Of a DNA stretch of 32,000 nucleotides, positions 8,951 to 17,641 are shown piece after piece. Location of the stretch: the NCBI GenBank assembly GCA_900234795.1, contig LT962688.1, positions 180,001 through 212,000 on the forward strand. The letters are read 5' to 3'. The notes below the pieces were generated by a model, which did not search any database, was not told the origin of the DNA, and worked only from the letters and a program-made list of their open reading frames with translations. The stretch is from Methylorubrum extorquens (GTDB taxonomy: Bacteria > Pseudomonadota > Alphaproteobacteria > Rhizobiales > Beijerinckiaceae). Every line of letters starts with the position of its first letter. The stretch's first letter is position 1. Position numbers and translations under genes: made by a program.

Positions 8951-9222
8951 TCCTGCCCTTGCTGTTGCTCTGGGGTCATGCTTTCGAGTGTCTCGAGTGC
9001 CTCGCGAAGTGCGGCCTTCGCAGCGCCGATCCCAACCTGCCTCAGGTCAGCTTCGGTTTGGTCGCCCGGCGCTCCAATTGGCACCTGTATTCTTATTTCG
9101 GTGTGCCGCAACTTGCCCGCAACGTAATCGTCGCTCGTTTTAAAGAGCACAACTGCGGCGCTGTCCCTCAGCAAATCCAAGGTCAGCGCATCCAAAGTCA
9201 TCTGTGGCATCGGCTTTTCCAT
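8947..9222 (-). CDS. Hypothetical protein (91 aa), first gene of the antisense cassette
   Basis: ORF in the low-G+C insert, on the same strand as the PilZ gene. No recognisable motif or strong RBS. Confidence 0.4.
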   Translation of the reverse strand: MEKPMPQMTLDALTLDLLRDSAAVVLFKTSDDYVAGKLRHTEIRIQVPIGAPGDQTEADLRQVGIGAAKAALREALETLESMTPEQQQGQD

Positions 9223-9309
9223 CAGTAAGTTTTCTTACTCAGATGGTGAACGGGCCGCGTGATGAGCACAAGTCTCCTCGCCCCACATAAATTTCGTCAT
9301 CGAGTCTCA

Positions 9310-9864
9310 ATGACCCTCGTCGTCACTGCGAACATCGCCGGGCAGACCCGCGGCGAGCCCGTGCGGCTGCCTGATCGGCGCCGCCGCCGGCTCTCCACGA
9401 TCATCGCGCGCCACAAGCCGCCGGCCGGCCGCCGCTTCATCGTTTCGGTGCACCGGAAGGGCGAAACCTTCCTGCGGCCGACGGATGGCTCTGTGCGCCT
9501 GCGCGCGAGGTGGTCCCGCACGCTGGTCGGGCCCGACGACGTGGTGCTCATGACGGAGGTTCCGCTCGGCCGCGGCATCGCCTCCATTGGCCTCGCCATC
9601 GCGTCGATTGCGCTGATCGCCGTGGCGCCTTACGCCGCGCCGGCCCTTGCCGGGGTGCTGGGCGGTGCGGTCTCGGTCGGCGCCGTGCAGGCTGGCCTCG
9701 TCATCGGTGGCGTGGCGCTTGGCTACGCCGCGCAGGCCTCGGCTGCGGCGAAGAAGAAGACCGAGCGCAGCCTGTTCAGCGTCACCGGCGGCGGCAACGT
9801 GCCGAAGCCCGGCGCGCGCAAGCCGCTGCTCTACGGCCGGTGCTGGTCCACCCGCCGCTCAGCC
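9310..9864 (+). CDS. Fragment 1 of 6: gpI-like N-terminal part
   Basis: MTLVVTANIAG..., then a Gly/Ala-rich hydrophobic stretch (IASIGLAIASIALIAVAPYAAPALAGVLGGAVSVGAVQAGLVIGGVALGYAA), then KPLLYGR. This resembles lambda gpI (hydrophobic G/A region followed by LPVLYGE). Confidence 0.6.
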
Positions 9865-9865
9865 A

Positions 9866-12274
9866 AAGGACTTCATCACCTACGACGGCGACACGATGGT
9901 GCTCACCAAGCGCATGACGCTTGGCATCGGCCGGTTTCAGATCCACGCCGTGCATGTTGGCGAGGCGGTGTTCTGGACCGAGGGCGGTGGCATCCAGGCG
10001 CCCTTCACCTCGACCGATGGCACGTTCGGGACGCAGATCGAGTTCCTGTACGGCCAGCCCTCGGCCATCGCGCCGGGCGACGTAATCTCGTCGCCGTCCG
10101 TCGGCGGGCAGGAGATGCCGCGGCCGAACGGCAATCCCGAATGGACGCCGTGGTTCCGGCTGACCCCGCAGGGTGTCACGGCCGACGCCGCGCAGATGTC
10201 GTGGACCTATCCGGCGATCTACCGGGTGTCGTCGCAGGGCCGGCAGGCGCCGACCGTGGCCGGTGTCATCTTCCAGGCGCGCGAGATCAACCCGAACACG
10301 GGAGAGGTGATCGGGCCGGAGTTCGTGCTGCACAACTCCAGCGAGGGCGTGACCGCGCTGACCACCACGCCGCTGCGCCGCTCGGCCTACGTTCGTCTGC
10401 CGAAGAACGGCGCCTTTCAGGTGCGGGCACAGAATGCATGGCCGGAGGCGGTCGGGTTCGAGCAGAAGAACGCCGCCTCGTGGGACGAGATGGCAGCGAT
10501 CAAGGACGATGTCCGGGTCCGCCCGAACACCACCGAGATCGTCATGCGGGTGCGGGCCGGGAAGGGCCTGACCGTCACCGCCTTCTCCGAGATCTGGGTC
10601 GACGCCACCCGCATCTTGTCGGTGTGGAACGGCTCGGCCTGGGTCGAGCAGGCAGAGCGCAAGGCGGTTTGGGCCTTCGCCGACCTCGTGCGGTCGCAGC
10701 ACGGCCTCGCCCTGCCGAACGGCTTCGACGCGGACAAGGCCATCTACTACCACCACCTGCTCGACGCGAACGACACCTTCGATGGTGCGCTGCCCGAGGT
10801 GTCATCGTTCTGGGAGGCGGCATCCGAGGTGCTGCTGCCGCTGCGCTGCGATCCGGTGAAGGTCGGGCCGGTCCACTCCTTCGTGCGCGACGAGAGCCGG
10901 GCCGAGCCGCGCCACGTCCTGACCCGTCGGCAGATCGTACGCGACAGCGCGGGCGCGACCTTCAAGACCAAGGTCGAGGGCGGCGACGTCATCGTCGAGT
11001 TCGACCGCGACGGCGACCCTCGCCGGCCCGACGAGGTGCGGTTCAGCTACGGCCCGGCCACACGCACGCCGAAGCGCTACCGGGTGAAGGGCATCCGCGA
11101 CGGTCTCCACGCGCTGAAGCACGCAACGTGGCTTGCGGCGGTGGCCGTGTTTCGCGGCGCCGAGCGGCGCATCACCACCGAATGGGATGGGCGTCTCGTC
11201 TTCCCCGGCGACCACGTCCTGTCGGATCTCTGGTATCTGAAGGGAAAGCGGACCTTCGGCGTCGCTTCGGCGGCCGGCAACATGCTGACGCTGGACGTCA
11301 CCGCCAACGTGCCGGCCGAGTGGGGCTACGGCTCCATCCGTACCCGTGAGGGGCGGGAATGGGGCATCCTGCGCATGCGCGGCGTCGGTGCCCGAGGCCT
11401 GGAACTGCATGCCGAGGACGTGACGGCGCTCGAGGCGCGGGTCCACCAGACCCCGAACGGCCCGGTCCGCCTCCGTCTGACTGATGTGCTGGCCCGCGAC
11501 AGCCAGGGCCCAACCACGGTGGTGATTGGCGATCTCGTCGAGCTGCAGGAGACCTATGTCGCCCGCTCAGCCGTCCCGAGCGACGCCGACCACGTCCAGA
11601 TCGAGATGGTGGCCGACGACGCGCGCGTCTGGCAGCTGCTCGACGAGCAGGTGATCGCGCCGGCTCCGATCAACGCCGACAGTCTCGCCGAGCCGCTGAT
11701 CCCGCAGATCTCGGTCCTGCACGCCAGGTGCGAGCGGATCGAGACCGGCATCGAGATCGTGTGGGGCGTGTCCGTCACCCGTGGCGCTCGGAACTACGAG
11801 GCTGACATCTCCTACGACGCCGGAGGCACCTGGGAGCCGCTGTCGCCCTATGGCCCGGCCTCGAGCGGCCGGGCGCAGATGCGGCAGTCCGACAAGCCGG
11901 TGGTAGTCCGCGCGCGCGCCTTCGGACGCACCGGGCTGCCGGGCGATTACGTGGACACCACGTTCACCACCGTCGCGCCGATCGTCCAGGGCAGCCTTGT
12001 GGATGTCTCAACGATCCCGCCCATCCCCTACGAGAAGTTGGGGCCGGACGCGCAGGGCAAGATCGCCGCCGCCCAAGCCGCGGCCGATGCGGCGCAGGAA
12101 GCCGCCGACGCTGCGAGCCAAGAGGCGACCAGCGCCCTCGCCAGCGCCTATGGCCGTCTCGACGACCTGCGCCGTGCGCTCGCAGCGGACCCATCTGTGC
12201 GGATCGGGTTCGTCGATGCCGTGATGGGCGACGTTCGCAAGGACATCTCGCTCCTGACTGAGGCGACCTTCCGG
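9866..12274 (+). CDS. Fragment 2 of 6: host specificity protein J-like core
   Basis: Frame 2 reads KDFITYDGDTMVLTKRMTLGIGRFQIHAVHVGEAVFW... through about 800 aa of J-like sequence (WNGSAWVEQAERKAVWAFADLVRSQHGL...). The ORF-track start at 9647 is out-of-frame junk. Confidence 0.75.
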
Positions 12275-12275
12275 G

Positions 12276-12959
12276 CTGCTCGCCGACGTGGCGACCTTGC
12301 GCGACAACCAGGCCGCGGCCGGCATCGAGATCCTGCCCGACGAGGGCCGGGTGCGCATCGCCGCAGTGGCGCGCCTGGAAGCCGAGACCGGCGAGCGCCT
12401 GACTTCACTCTCCGTGCTGGTCGATGCGCTCAAGGGTCAGATCGACCTCTACGGCTCGGTCCAGGGCAAGGACGTGTCTGGGCTGGTTACCGACATCAAC
12501 GCCGTCCGTGTTCGCCTCGATGCGGTGGCCGCGACGGTCTCGACGCTGGCGACCTCGGCGCAGTTCGACGGGGTGAGTGCACGTCTCGGCACCGCCGAGC
12601 AGACCATCACCGCACAGGGCGCGGCGATCGAGCAGCGGGCGACGCTCGCGGCGGTGAACGCGCAGGGCACCCTCCTGACCACGGCGATGACGCGGATCTC
12701 TGCCGCCGAGGGCAGCATCCGCAACGTCGTCACCGCCGCCGGCACGAGCGCCGTCGATCTGCCGCTGATGGTCGGAACGTTGGCACAGATGCTCGACTAC
12801 CTCGGCGAGCAAACCGGGGGCCTGTACGAGCACGTCGCCCGCGCCGAGACCGCGACCTCCGCCAACTTCGACGAGGCGGGTCGGGCCGTGGCCGAGGTGT
12901 CCACGCGCTTGCTCACTTTCCAGGGCGACACGGCAGCGCAATTCGTTGATGTCACCCCG
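12276..12959 (+). CDS. Fragment 3 of 6: fibre coiled-coil region
   Basis: Frame 3 opens after the stop at 12255-12257 and reads LLADVATLRDNQAAAGIEIL...TFQGDTAAQFVDVTP. Confidence 0.65.
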
Positions 12960-12960
12960 G

Positions 12961-13593
12961 GCGATCGCCGGCAACGGCGAGGCTCTTGTGCAGAGCCAGA
13001 CGTTACTTTCGGCGCAGATCGGCAAGGTCGCAGCCGACGTCACGTCGGAGATCCAGGTGCGGGCCGCGGCCGACGCGGCGCAGACGACCCGCATCGACGG
13101 GGCGGTGTCACGGATCGGGACCGCGGAGGCGCGGCTCGTTACGGAGGAGCAGACGCGCGCCAGCGAGACCAGCGCTCTTTCGAGCCGCCTGACCAGCGTC
13201 ACGAGCCGGGTTGGTTCGTCCGAGGCCGCAATCACCACCCTCGGTCAAGCGATCACGGACAACTTCAGCAGCGCCGCCTCGCAGTTTCAGGGCATATCCG
13301 TGCGCTTTGGTAGTGTGGAGGGCAAGGTCGCCTCGTCTGAGGCGAACATCCAGACCCTGTTCACGTCGTACGCTGCAGGAGATGCCGCTAACGCGCAGGC
13401 GATCAACGTCCTGCGCGCGGACGTCAACACGCACGTCGGCAACCTGAACGCATTCAACGTCGAGACGCGGCAGGTGATCGTCAACGGCGACAGCGCGCAG
13501 GCCACCCGCACCGACCAACTCGTCGCCCAAACCAACGGGGATCGCGCCTACTTCCTGTCGGAGAACAGCGCCCGATTCAATCAAACCGAGGGG
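12961..13593 (+). CDS. Fragment 4 of 6: fibre coiled-coil region
   Basis: Frame 1 reads AIAGNGEALVQSQTLLSAQIGKVAADV...LVAQTNGDRAYFLSENSARFNQTEG. Confidence 0.65.
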
Positions 13594-13594
13594 G

Positions 13595-14110
13595 GTTGCA
13601 CGTGCGCTGAATGCACTGGTCGTGCAGACCAACTCGGATCGCGGTTATTTCCTGAACGAGCAAACCGCACGGATCAATCAGGATGGCGTCTTCGCCGGCC
13701 AGATCCAGGACGTTTATGCGCGAAACGATGCCGGCACAGCAGCCGGCCGGATCAAGTTTGAGGCCGTGTCATCCCCCGGCGGCGTGACTGCCCGCTTCGG
13801 CATCCAACTCTCTACCGAGCGCGGCGGCCAGTACGCGAACGCCGGCTTCTTTATGGACATCTTGCCGGATGGCCAGCGCCGCACGGTTTTTGATGCCAAC
13901 CTCATCGCGTTCACGGCGAATGGCGGCCTGACCTATCCATTCCGCTTCAACGGTGTCGAGACGTACATCGACACTCTTCGGCTTGGGCCGGGCAACTTCC
14001 TGCCGAACAGTATCTCGCAGTCAAACAGCGGATACGACCCTAATGCGAGTTCTATCCAGTTCGGCATCACAACACGCCCTGGATCAGCGGTGATGATTTT
14101 CGCTGAGTTT
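13595..14110 (+). CDS. Fragment 5 of 6: fibre distal region
   Basis: Frame 2 reads VARALNALVVQTNSDRGYFLNEQTARINQDGVF...GSAVMIFAEF. Its start repeats the motif that ends fragment 4. Confidence 0.65.
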
Positions 14111-14111
14111 T

Positions 14112-14366
14112 TACGGCGAGCCGCAATCTGTACGCCCGCTCGGCTCCGAAGGTGTCTTGCGCATCGCTCGGGACGGCACTCCGCTGCGCGACAAGGGCGT
14201 GGCCTACTACGTTACTCCGACCGGCAGTGTCCCGTCACTGCAAACACTTGCAACTGAGTCGAAATACACCGACAAGCCCCCGCCCGGATACCACGTCTAT
14301 ACAATCAGCGTGACGAATGGCCAGCGGGGCCTAGCGTATACTTACCTTGAAATCACCGGCTCCTAA
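14112..14366 (+). CDS. Fragment 6 of 6: fibre C-terminus
   Basis: Frame 3 opens after stops at 14091-14096 and reads YGEPQSVRPLGSEGVLRIARDGTPL...YLEITGS, ending at TAA 14364-14366. Confidence 0.65.
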   Translation, partial: YGEPQSVRPLGSEGVLRIARDGTPLRDKGVAYYVTPTGSVPSLQTLATESKYTDKPPPGYHVYTISVTNGQRGLAYTYLEITGS

Positions 14367-14449
14367 GCCGTCGCGCCATCGAGCGCCTTCCGCACGACTC
14401 CGCGAACAATTCCGCTTCGCTATCACCTCGCTTCTGAGGACGCTTCCCC

Positions 14450-15712
14450 ATGCCTCTCTACGGCCCCTCAACCGCGACCGCGACGGTCGCCGCAAACACC
14501 AACTCGGTGTCGATCACCAGCATGGATCTGAACGCCGTTGTTCAGCAGGGCATGACGATCAACTTCGGCTCTCGCGAGCGGGCTGTGGGAGACGCCTGGA
14601 TCATCAACACGGTGGTCCCGAACGGCACGAACGGCGGCACGATCACCACCGCGGGCAGCATCCCGACCGCGTACAACAGCGTGCCCTTCCTGATCGACAC
14701 GCGCGGCTTCAACGGTACCGATTCCAGCTTTGCGGCGGCGGTGAGCCTGAAGCTGTTGCAGGCGCTGAGCAACCTTATCGGCCCGGCGACGAACCTGTTT
14801 GCCGGCGCCCGCCAACTTGTCCTCGACAAGGTGGCGCCAACGGCTCTGAGCCGCATCGGCTTCGCGACGGCCGGCCGCACGTGGGCCGATGTCGTGCACC
14901 GCCCGCACATCTACACACCGCCGGGTGGCGCGCAGGTCAGCACGGAGGTGTTGGCGGTTCGGGCGTTTCCTGACGGCGCAACGCCGATCGAGGCGGCTCT
15001 TTTCGACCTGTCGGCCGGCACGGTGGATTTCCGGCAAAATGAAATGACGCTGGCCTCGGCGGCGACCCTCGATCTCGGGCAGGTGCCGGCGGCGCGCGCT
15101 ATCATCTCCGGCGCGGCAACAATCCAGTCTTTCGGGCCGGGGAAGAACCTCACGCGCCTGTTGCGGTTTACGGGCGCTTGCACGCTCGCGCACAACGGAA
15201 CGACCCTGATCCTACCCACCGCCGCCAATATCGTGACGGCGGCGGGCGACACGGCGCTTGCGACCTCCGACTCTGCCGGCAACTGGACGGTGCGGCACTA
15301 TCAGCGGCGGAACGGCTATCCGCTCATCACGCCGCTTGTGTTCTCCGGCAGCGCGGGCACGACCGGCATTCCCGCTGGCGTGACCCGTTATTTCACCGCC
15401 GGCAGTGTGCAGACGACCTGGAGCCTCTGCTACCAGCCGGCGGGGCGCCGAGGGCGTTTCAGTAAGCTCCGCGTGGCGACGCCCGGCCCGCCGGGTGCCG
15501 GCGAAAGCTGGACGATCACGCTGCAAAAGCTGTTTTCCGACACAGTGTTGAGCTGCACGATTACGGGCACGGGCTCAAATTCTGGGGCCGATCTCGTCAA
15601 TAGCGTGCCGTTTGAGGCCGACGACCGCTGGTGCCTCAAGATCGTGTCGAGCGCCGGCGCGGCTCCGACAAACGCTGTTCTGTTCTCCATGGTCTTTGAG
15701 GCGATCGATTAG
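14450..15712 (+). CDS. Phage structural protein, probable tail fibre / receptor-binding accessory
   Basis: 420-aa Thr/Ala/Gly-rich ORF directly after the J-like gene, with GAGGA upstream of the ATG. No family recognised. Confidence 0.55.
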   Translation: MPLYGPSTATATVAANTNSVSITSMDLNAVVQQGMTINFGSRERAVGDAWIINTVVPNGTNGGTITTAGSIPTAYNSVPFLIDTRGFNGTDSSFAAAVSLKLLQALSNLIGPATNLFAGARQLVLDKVAPTALSRIGFATAGRTWADVVHRPHIYTPPGGAQVSTEVLAVRAFPDGATPIEAALFDLSAGTVDFRQNEMTLASAATLDLGQVPAARAIISGAATIQSFGPGKNLTRLLRFTGACTLAHNGTTLILPTAANIVTAAGDTALATSDSAGNWTVRHYQRRNGYPLITPLVFSGSAGTTGIPAGVTRYFTAGSVQTTWSLCYQPAGRRGRFSKLRVATPGPPGAGESWTITLQKLFSDTVLSCTITGTGSNSGADLVNSVPFEADDRWCLKIVSSAGAAPTNAVLFSMVFEAID

Positions 15713-15714
15713 CC

Positions 15715-16161
15715 ATGACCTTCATGCAGATACTGGACGACGGCGGCCGGAAGGTCGCGCACTACACGGTCGGGGCGGAACGCCCGGCGCCGGCCCTGCC
15801 GGAGGGCTGGACGATCGAGCCGGCCGACGCTCGCCCGCTCTGGACGGCGCCAGCCAACGCCATCTCGGACCGCCAGTTCGCCCAGGCGCTGGCGCTCGCC
15901 GGCACCATCACCGAGGCCGAGGCGCTGGCTTGGGCCGCGCGGGGCGACCTGCCCGCGGCCATGGAAGCCGCGCTGACGAAGATCCCGGAGGCGGATGGGC
16001 GGCGTTTCGGCGCGCGCATGATGCTGGCCGGTGCAACGACCTTCGAGCGTAGCCACCCGCTGACCGATCAGCTCGGCGGCCTGCTGATCAACCCTGCCAC
16101 CGGCAAACCCTACGACGCCGCAGCGCTCGATGCGCTGTGGTCCCGCGCCGCCGCCCTGTGA
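15715..16161 (+). CDS. Hypothetical phage protein (148 aa)
   Basis: ATG lies 3 nt after the preceding stop, high GC3. Its position suggests a fibre assembly or accessory role. Confidence 0.5.
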   Translation: MTFMQILDDGGRKVAHYTVGAERPAPALPEGWTIEPADARPLWTAPANAISDRQFAQALALAGTITEAEALAWAARGDLPAAMEAALTKIPEADGRRFGARMMLAGATTFERSHPLTDQLGGLLINPATGKPYDAAALDALWSRAAAL

Positions 16162-16171
16162 GGAGCCATCC

Positions 16172-16474
16172 ATGCTGACCCTGACCAAGACCGTCACAAC
16201 GACGGAAACGAAGACCCTGGAGACGGCAGCCGACATCGCCGATCACGTCCACGCCGAATTCTTGCGGCGGATGGAGGCCGCGCCGTTCAAGTTCGGCGAC
16301 CGCGTCCGGATCACCCGCCGCGACGGCATACCGCCCGAGTTCATGACTGGTGACGTCGGCACGGTGATGCTGTGTGATCCTGAGTTCTCGCCGCTCACGA
16401 CCCTGATGGGCGTGAACGCCTCTGGCATGACGATCCAGTTCCCGGTTCAGACGGCGAACCTCGAGGCCGCCTGA
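16172..16474 (+). CDS. Hypothetical phage protein (100 aa)
   Basis: ATG 16172 is preceded by GAGGAG (16159-16165). The ORF-track start at 16130 overlaps the previous gene and is less likely. Confidence 0.5.
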   Translation: MLTLTKTVTTTETKTLETAADIADHVHAEFLRRMEAAPFKFGDRVRITRRDGIPPEFMTGDVGTVMLCDPEFSPLTTLMGVNASGMTIQFPVQTANLEAA

Positions 16475-16485
16475 CTCGACCGCAA

Positions 16486-16638
16486 CTACCGTGCGGCTTT
16501 GGCGATCGCCTCCCACGCCAAGCCTGCGAAATACAGGCCCCCGAAGATCAGCAGGCAACAGATCACACCGTAGCCGACAAACCGGAGCCAGAAGGCGACA
16601 TCTCGCTGGTCGCGCTGCTCGCGCTTGAACCACTGCAT
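16486..16638 (-). CDS. Small membrane protein (50 aa, one TM)
   Basis: MQWFKREQRDQRDVAFWLRFVGYGVICCLLIFGGLYFAGLAWEAIAKAAR. AAGGAG lies 7 nt upstream of ATG 16638. It is the only minus-strand ORF in this late-gene block. Confidence 0.4.
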   Translation of the reverse strand: MQWFKREQRDQRDVAFWLRFVGYGVICCLLIFGGLYFAGLAWEAIAKAAR

Positions 16639-16778
16639 CGTCAACTCCTTTGCGTTGCATCGGAGGCGACAAAGCACGGCGGTCAGTAAGGGACACGCGG
16701 AAAAGACGTCCATCATTAACGCGCTCGCAGCGCCACCCGGCCCGAGCCTGAGACGCCCCCTTCACATCGGAGAACACC

Positions 16779-17396
16779 ATGGACCTGTCGCCCATTGGGC
16801 GCGCGGCTCTCAAGTCGCGCGAAGGCGAGGCGCTGACCGCCTACAAGGACAGCGTAGGCGTCTGGACGATCGGCGTCGGGATCACGACGGCCTCGGGGCT
16901 CATCACCGTCAAGCAGGGGCTGACGATCACGGCCGCCACCAGCGACGCGCTCTTTACCGAAGCCGTGAAGGCATACGCCAAGCCGGTGAGCGCGCTGGGC
17001 GTGAGGCTGGAGCAGCACCAGTTCGATGCGCTGGTGTCGCTGTGCTTCAACATCGGCCCCGGCGCCTTCGCAGGCTCCACCGTCGCCAAGCGGGTGAAGG
17101 CTGGCGACATCGCTGGCGCGGCTGAGGCGATCCTGATGTGGAACAAGCCCGCCGCGATCATCTCGCGCCGGCAGGGCGAGTACGACCAGTTCCGCACGCC
17201 CTACGCCAAGGCACTGCCGAAGGCCCGGCGCAGCGACAAGGCCCCGATGAAGGTGCCGTCGTTCATGGCGCCTGAGCCAGCGCCGCTGCCTGCGGTCCTG
17301 CCTGCTCCTATCCCTGTGGCCCCCGTGGCTGAGAGCAGCCCCAAGGCCGGCATCCTCAACAGTTGGCTGGCAGCGCTGCTCCGGTGGGTATCGTGA
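16779..17396 (+). CDS. Phage lysozyme (GH24, T4/lambda-type muramidase) with Pro-rich and hydrophobic C-terminal tail
   Basis: The EG..L.AY.D..G.WTIG.G signature (SREGEALTAYKDSVGVWTIGVGIT) plus ALVSLCFNIGPGAF. The C-terminus reads APEPAPLPAVLPAPIPVAPV...GILNSWLAALLRWVS. Confidence 0.85.
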   Translation: MDLSPIGRAALKSREGEALTAYKDSVGVWTIGVGITTASGLITVKQGLTITAATSDALFTEAVKAYAKPVSALGVRLEQHQFDALVSLCFNIGPGAFAGSTVAKRVKAGDIAGAAEAILMWNKPAAIISRRQGEYDQFRTPYAKALPKARRSDKAPMKVPSFMAPEPAPLPAVLPAPIPVAPVAESSPKAGILNSWLAALLRWVS

Positions 17397-17641
17397 ACCC
17401 GACGTCGATCGCCGGGGCGCGCTCGGGCGTGAGCGAGGCATAGAGCAGCGGGTCGGCGCTGAAGGGGGGCCCAGTGCCGACCCGCCGGCCGTCTGCCGTG
17501 AGTATCGGGTGGTGACCACGGCGCAACGACGGCAAACCATGGAATGCGACTAGAGCGCCTCAAGCTGCGCTTGCGGCCTAACTCGATCGAGACCCGAGCC
17601 GGCCGGGCCCGCCGCGCATCCTCCTGACATCGAGGGACACC

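Larger units (their letters stand above)
9310..14366 (+). pseudogene. Tail assembly I-like / host specificity J-like / fibre gene, one reading unit interrupted by five +1 frame changes
   Basis: Protein-like sequence passes through frames 1>2>3>1>2>3. Each join is repaired by skipping one base, e.g. 9865, 12275, 12960, 13594, 14111. Beyond each join the old frame becomes Arg/Pro-rich nonsense without a nearby stop. Confidence 0.8.

Noticed and set aside
9259-11349. Frame-1 ORF taken at face value as a 696-aa protein, and the 9647 start of the frame-2 ORF
   Set aside because: Beyond about 9865 frame 1 becomes Arg/Gly/Pro junk, and before about 9866 frame 2 is equally junk-like. Only the spliced reading gives gpI/J-like sequence.
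9841-14112. Programmed +1 frameshifting or phase-variable fibre expression as the explanation for the five frame breaks
   Set aside because: There is no shared recoding motif, the tracts are short (3-6 nt), and an identical one-base homopolymer break occurs in the unrelated chromosomal gspD gene. Systematic indel error or simple decay is more parsimonious. It is kept as a minor alternative in the finding.
17450-17483. 8-bp GC hairpin (GGGTCGGC...GCCGACCC) in the 245-nt gap between the lysozyme and holin genes, and a possible small minus-strand ORF there
   Set aside because: No T-tract, an 18-nt loop, and the candidate ORF needs a TTG start and overlaps the lysozyme 3' end. Insufficient evidence.
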